NCBI GenBank assembly: GCA_024679065.1
Contig: JAGIQG010000009.1
Location: 96,782,001-96,846,000, forward strand
Direction: 5' to 3'
Length of the DNA: 64,000 nt
Source of the DNA: Sphyrna mokarran
Taxonomy: Eukaryota
This document shows positions 59,901 to 64,000 of the stretch, one piece after another. The notes under the pieces were generated by a model. It did no database searches. It was not told the DNA's origin and saw nothing but the letters and a program-made list of their open reading frames with translations. A program made the position numbers and the translations under genes. Every line of letters starts with the position of its first letter. The stretch's first letter is position 1.

Positions 59901-62900
59901 ATTTTACTTTAAAGAGATTTAGTAGGTTGGCACTGCTTTCTTTTCTTTGAGATTATTGGTTGGGAGCGGGAGCAGTTGGATGGGTACGTTAGGAGCTGCA
60001 CTCCTCCAGCTGGGGCTTCCTGAATTCTCTGCATCTGAGAGAACTGAGAGCGGAAACAAAAAAAGGTGTTCACGAACGTTTGACTTGAGTTATTCTAAAT
60101 AGGCATCCCATTACTGCTGAAATTGCTTGTCATTAAGAAACACCAGGCTCTTTCTCACGCAATGATATTGACATATCTGATGTTTTCCCTCAAATGTTGT
60201 ACCCGAACTTAACCAAGGTCCAGATTCGTAGACATTTCCAGTGCAGGACGTGGCCATTTGACCTATTGTGTCCATGTAGCTCAACAAAGATATGACTGCA
60301 CCAATCCCATTTTCCAGCGCTTGGATCATGGCACTAAAGATTGCAGCAAGTGAATATTTAAACCCTTCTTAAATCTTACAAGAGCGTTTGCCTCTACCAA
60401 CCTTTTAGGCAGTGAGTTCCAGATTCCCATCATCGTCCGGGTGAAAGTGTTTCTCCTCAACTCCCACCCACATCCCCTGAACATTCTGCCACTTCATTAA
60501 AGGAGGGATTGAGTTTAGGAGTCGGGAGGTAATGCTGCAACTTTATAAGACCCTTGTCAGGCCCCACTTGGCGTACTATGCGCAGTTCTGGTCGCCTCAC
60601 TACAAGAAGGATGTGAAAGTTATTGAGAGGGTGCAGAGGAGATTTACAAGCAAGTTGCCTGGATTGGGAGGCATGTCCTATGAAGATAGGTTGAGGGAGC
60701 TAGGTCTCTTCTCCCTAAGAGACGAAGGTTGAGAGGCGACCTGATAGAGGTTTATAAAATGTTGAGAGGTTAGATAGGGTGGATTCTCGGAGGTTATTTC
60801 CCAGGGCTGAAATGATCGTTACGAGAGGGCACAGGTTTGGGGAGCAAGTACAGAGGAGATGTCAGGAGTAAGTTTTTCACTCAGAGGGTGGTGAGTGAGT
60901 GGCTGCCGACGGTGGTGGTAGAGGCGAACTCGCTGTGGTCTTTTAAGAGACTTCTGGATGAGTATATGGGATTTAATGGGATTGGGAATTATAGTTAGTT
61001 CTATGGCCTGGTAGGTATGAATATGATCCGTGCAACTTGTGGGCCGTTATATGTATCATTGCAATTGCTATCATTTTTAACTAAGTATTGTTGTCGCTGT
61101 AGTCAGAACATCAGACGATATGTATGTCAAATCTATTTTCAATCCTGTTTTGTCTAGGTGCAATCGCCCTAGTTTCATGAGTCTCTCCACATAACTGAAG
61201 CGGGTTTTGCTGCACCCTTTCTAAATTCTTCATATCATTCCTGAATTGGGGGGCCCATATTCAGTGTTGTATGAAATTGCTGCATCACTGCCTTGCCTTT
61301 CTGCTGAGTCACTAATTTTAAAAAAATGAATCTTGCGTCAACCAGAGAGATTCTCATCCTTCACTTCCCTGCCAATGTCAATGTAAAGAAACTTAACACT
61401 TCATTGCTACTTTCCTTTCATCGGGATTGTGAGTTGGGAAGTGGGAGGTGGTGCGGGAAGAAGGGGCGGCGGGGAGTGAGTGGCAGTTGGACGGGCTCCG
61501 TTAGAAGCTACACTCCTCCAGTTGGGGTATCCTGAATTCACTGCACCACTGGAGATCTGAGAGCGGAAGCAAAATAAAATCAGCTTCTCATGGCGACGGG
61601 GGATGTCCAATGTCAAACATGGATGGAGATGATTGCATTCTTCATACTCACATGCTGATTGACCTTGTACTAAATCACGGATATTTGTCTTCCCAAATAG
61701 AAGTATGGTGAAGGGACGTTTGCCACCATTGGCCCCTGTCTTGTTAATAGATTGCACAGGACTTTGAAAAGACCTCGAACAATTATTGTTAAAAACGTTA
61801 CTCGGGTTGAATGAATGGTGCGTTGTTCTAATCTGGCAAATGTTAACTTTCACATGAACGTACAAACAAGGTGCAAGAGTCCGTCATTTAGCCCATCGAA
61901 CCTGCTATAACATTTCAGAAGATTGCCTGGCTAATCTGATAGCAACCTCAACTCTGTACCCTGTCTGTCACTCCGTTAACCCCCTCGCTTACCATGAATC
62001 TGTTCATCTCGTCTCAAGTATACTCAAAGCCTCACTTGTCAGGAAGACAATTCCAGAGGCCCACAGCCCTCCGAGAGAAACAATTTCGCTTCATCTCCCG
62101 TTCAAATTGGCGACCCCTTCTTTTATAGCAGTTCCTAATTCCATTTACCCGCTGACACTGAGATTGAAATGAGCACGAACGTTTGACATGGATTATTCTG
62201 CAAAGGCACCCCAATAGTACAGCAATTGCTCTCGCTGCGGAGCGCCAGACACTTCCTCACACACAGTAATACTGTTGACTTACTTGGAGTACTCTGGTAA
62301 TCGTCTAACTAGCATTTTATGCAGTTCCAGCATGACTTCCCTGCACGCACCGTATCTTATCCACTGTATCTAACTTCCCTCTCCATTGCAATTACATCCT
62401 TGCTATAAAGTGGTGGCCCTGAAATAATTCATTCTCAAGATATTCGGCACTATCAAGACTAGCACTCATTGCCTGTGCCAGGATACCACATTGTGAGTGC
62501 CTTTGGAACCGCTACCGCCATATATCTGGTGCATGTACCGCACACGCAGAGCTGTTAAAGAGGGTGTTAAAGGATTTTGATCGAATGAAGTGGTGCTCCA
62601 TATACTAAAAGTCGGGATGGTGTGTGAATTGGATGGGTACTTTTAAAGTTCCCACTGCCGCTACTATCTTATTCTTCTAATAGTGGAGGTTGCAATTTGA
62701 GAGCTCAAATTGGTGTAATGGATAATTCATCTATCCGGGAGATGTTCAATTGTCTCCCACGACTTGTTGCACGTTGATTGTAAGAATAACTCCTCCATCT
62801 CACACTTACCAGCTTCACTATGCGTCACGGTCACTATTATCCCGGCTCCATAGGCGGCATTGGTTCCCATCAGCTCCACTTTGCAAAAATACGTGCCTGT

Positions 62901-63160
62901 ATCCTCGGGTTTCAGATTACTGATTCGAATCGACGCGTTTCTCCTCTTGCTGAAATCCTCCTGCGTTGCTCCGAACACCCTACCCGTAAATTCCGCTGTG
63001 TTGTTGGAGACTTCAATTCCCTGCTTGGAGCCCCTGTGCCAGCTGTAGCCACCAACTCCAGAGGGACCTTCATATGTACAGCCCAAGTCCGCGGCTTGTC
63101 CCGGGGCTTTGGTAAGGGATTGCGGGCTCTGATTAACTGTGATATTTCCAACAGTAATTG
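53862..63160 (-). CDS. NCR3: Gene C: NKp30/NCR3-like VJ-domain receptor, activating type, 5'-partial; complement(join(53862..53910,55786..55918,62810..63160))
   Basis: V (phase 1-1), TM (1-2) and short tail exon RSNTSQPDRNVDAVDC* join in frame. TM LWYFRAGLISLL matches NKp30 LLLRAG. No leader exon found inside the window. Confidence 0.85.
55322..55704. mobile_element. MITE (Harbinger-like TIRs gggcgggatttt / agaatctcgccc)
   Basis: Imperfect TIRs; the 3' half matches 17931-18114 and, inverted, about 5970-6130. Confidence 0.6.
55786..55918 (-). CDS. Gene C stalk plus TM exon with Arg
   Basis: ccccatag|AT TTT GGA ... AAG AG|gtaagg. Encodes DFGREYYQTKSFFSDSRTLWYFRAGLISLLAVIGIVLALCFVQKR. Confidence 0.9.
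57130..57432 (+). mobile_element. Second Penelope-like terminal repeat family (related copies at about 20240-20350 and 33695-33810)
   Basis: CTGAAGA...GAAA core followed by gctgagt..ttcca...atttcagatttccagca. Confidence 0.5.
57620..59075 (+). mobile_element. Highly decayed CR1 LINE interrupted by an HE1 SINE
   Basis: RT-like remnants on both sides of the SINE at 58094-58330. Confidence 0.6.
58094..58330 (-). mobile_element. HE1-type V-SINE
   Basis: Head and core with an internally deleted tail. Confidence 0.8.
59705..61575. repeat. Direct duplication in the gene C V-TM intron (about 59705-60060 vs 61180-61575)
   Basis: Colinear blocks such as cataactgaag..catcattcctgaattg and gagctgcactcctccagctgggg..cctgaattc..ctgagagcggaa. 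Confidence 0.75.
60500..61047 (+). mobile_element. CR1-clade LINE 3' fragment
   Basis: [28 protein letters not shown]. Confidence 0.9.
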
Positions 63161-63575
63161 CTGTAGATGGATAAAGTTAACAAGATTAATGCAATGCTTT
63201 TTTTCATGGCAGGAAAGCTTAGATGTTTTAAGGAAGATCTTTTCCATTTAATATAAAAACGTTACTTGGGTTGCATAAATGATTCATTCCACTAATCTGG
63301 GAAGTGTTAACTTTCACACGCGAATGTACGAACAAGGAGCAAGAGTTGGCTACTTAGCCCATCGATCCTGCTCCACCATTTCATAAGACGATTGCTTATT
63401 GATCTGATAGTAACCTCAACTCTGCACCTTGCCTGTGAATCTATCCATCTCGCCTTAAAAAGTATTGAAAGCCTCACCTGTCAGGAAGGTAATTCCAGAC
63501 ACTCACGAGAGAAATAAATTAGCTTCATCTCCCTTTTAAATGGGCGACGCCTTATTTCTAAACCTAGTTCTAGGT
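61785..63575. repeat. Direct duplication flanking the gene C V exon (about 61785-62140 vs 63250-63575)
   Basis: aaaaacgttact.gggttg..ctaatctgg..tgttaactttcaca..aacaagg.gcaagagt..ctgatag.aacctcaactctg occurs in both copies, including the unique-to-LINE junction. Confidence 0.75.
62810..63160 (-). CDS. Gene C V exon, VJ-type Ig domain
   Basis: Minus-strand ccatctacag|CA ATT ACT ... GCT G|gtaagt. Reads NITVNQSPQSL..LGCTY..YSWHR..GIEVSNNTAEFTGR..DTGTYFCKVELMG..YGAGIIVTV. Confidence 0.95.
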
Positions 63576-64000
63576 TCTTCCACAAGAGGGGCCATCTCTT
63601 CATCCACCCTCTCAAGATCTCTCAGGATCTTATGGCCCCAAACATTGGGGCGGGCGAGGCTCCAAGAACGGCATTCTCATTGGCCTCGGCCGCGATCTTA
63701 TGTGCCTCGGTCGGGCGCGCCAGTTTCAGTGAAGTTGCCTCTCACTCTTTTAAACTGCAAGGAATACAAGCCTAGTTTCTTTAATCCCTCCTCAGAAGAC
63801 AACCCAACCATTCCGGGTACTAGACTTATAAAACTCTTGTTTCCAGCGTATTTATATCTCTAGTATTCTGTATGGCCCTCCCTACTTTTGTATTCAATTC
63901 AGGACACATTACTGGTATCATAATATGGCATTGTGTATTTAGAAAAAAACATGAGCTTCAATGCAGCGTCATTGCCAGCAACTAGCATGTTTTTGCCGGA

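Noticed and set aside
4253-63160. V exons as rearranging Ig/TCR/IgNAR segments
   Set aside because: The J-like strand is already fused in each exon, no RSS is adjacent, no constant-domain exons were seen, and V splices directly to TM exons.

Overview
Eukaryotic, repeat-rich DNA. Abundant HE1-type V-SINEs and HER1/CR1-clade LINEs point to a cartilaginous fish (shark). The window holds a cluster of three intron-containing genes for single, germline-joined VJ-type Ig-domain membrane receptors resembling NKp30/NCR3. I rebuilt the exons by hand from GT-AG sites and phases. Gene A (+, 1297-15547, 228 aa) has an uncharged TM and an ITIM+ITSM tail, so it is inhibitory type. Genes B (+, from 34057) and C (-, 63160-53862, leader outside the window) have an NKp30-like TM Arg, so they are activating type. 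A duplicate pair of tail exons with no V or TM of its own lies downstream of gene A. Also present: a processed SNRPF pseudogene inside a TIR/TSD-bounded Harbinger-like element, Penelope-like fragments with minimal hammerhead-ribozyme motifs, and a decayed ~290-codon ORF that may be a herpesvirus-like fossil (unverified). All gene models are sequence inferences without transcript evidence, and repeat boundaries are approximate.
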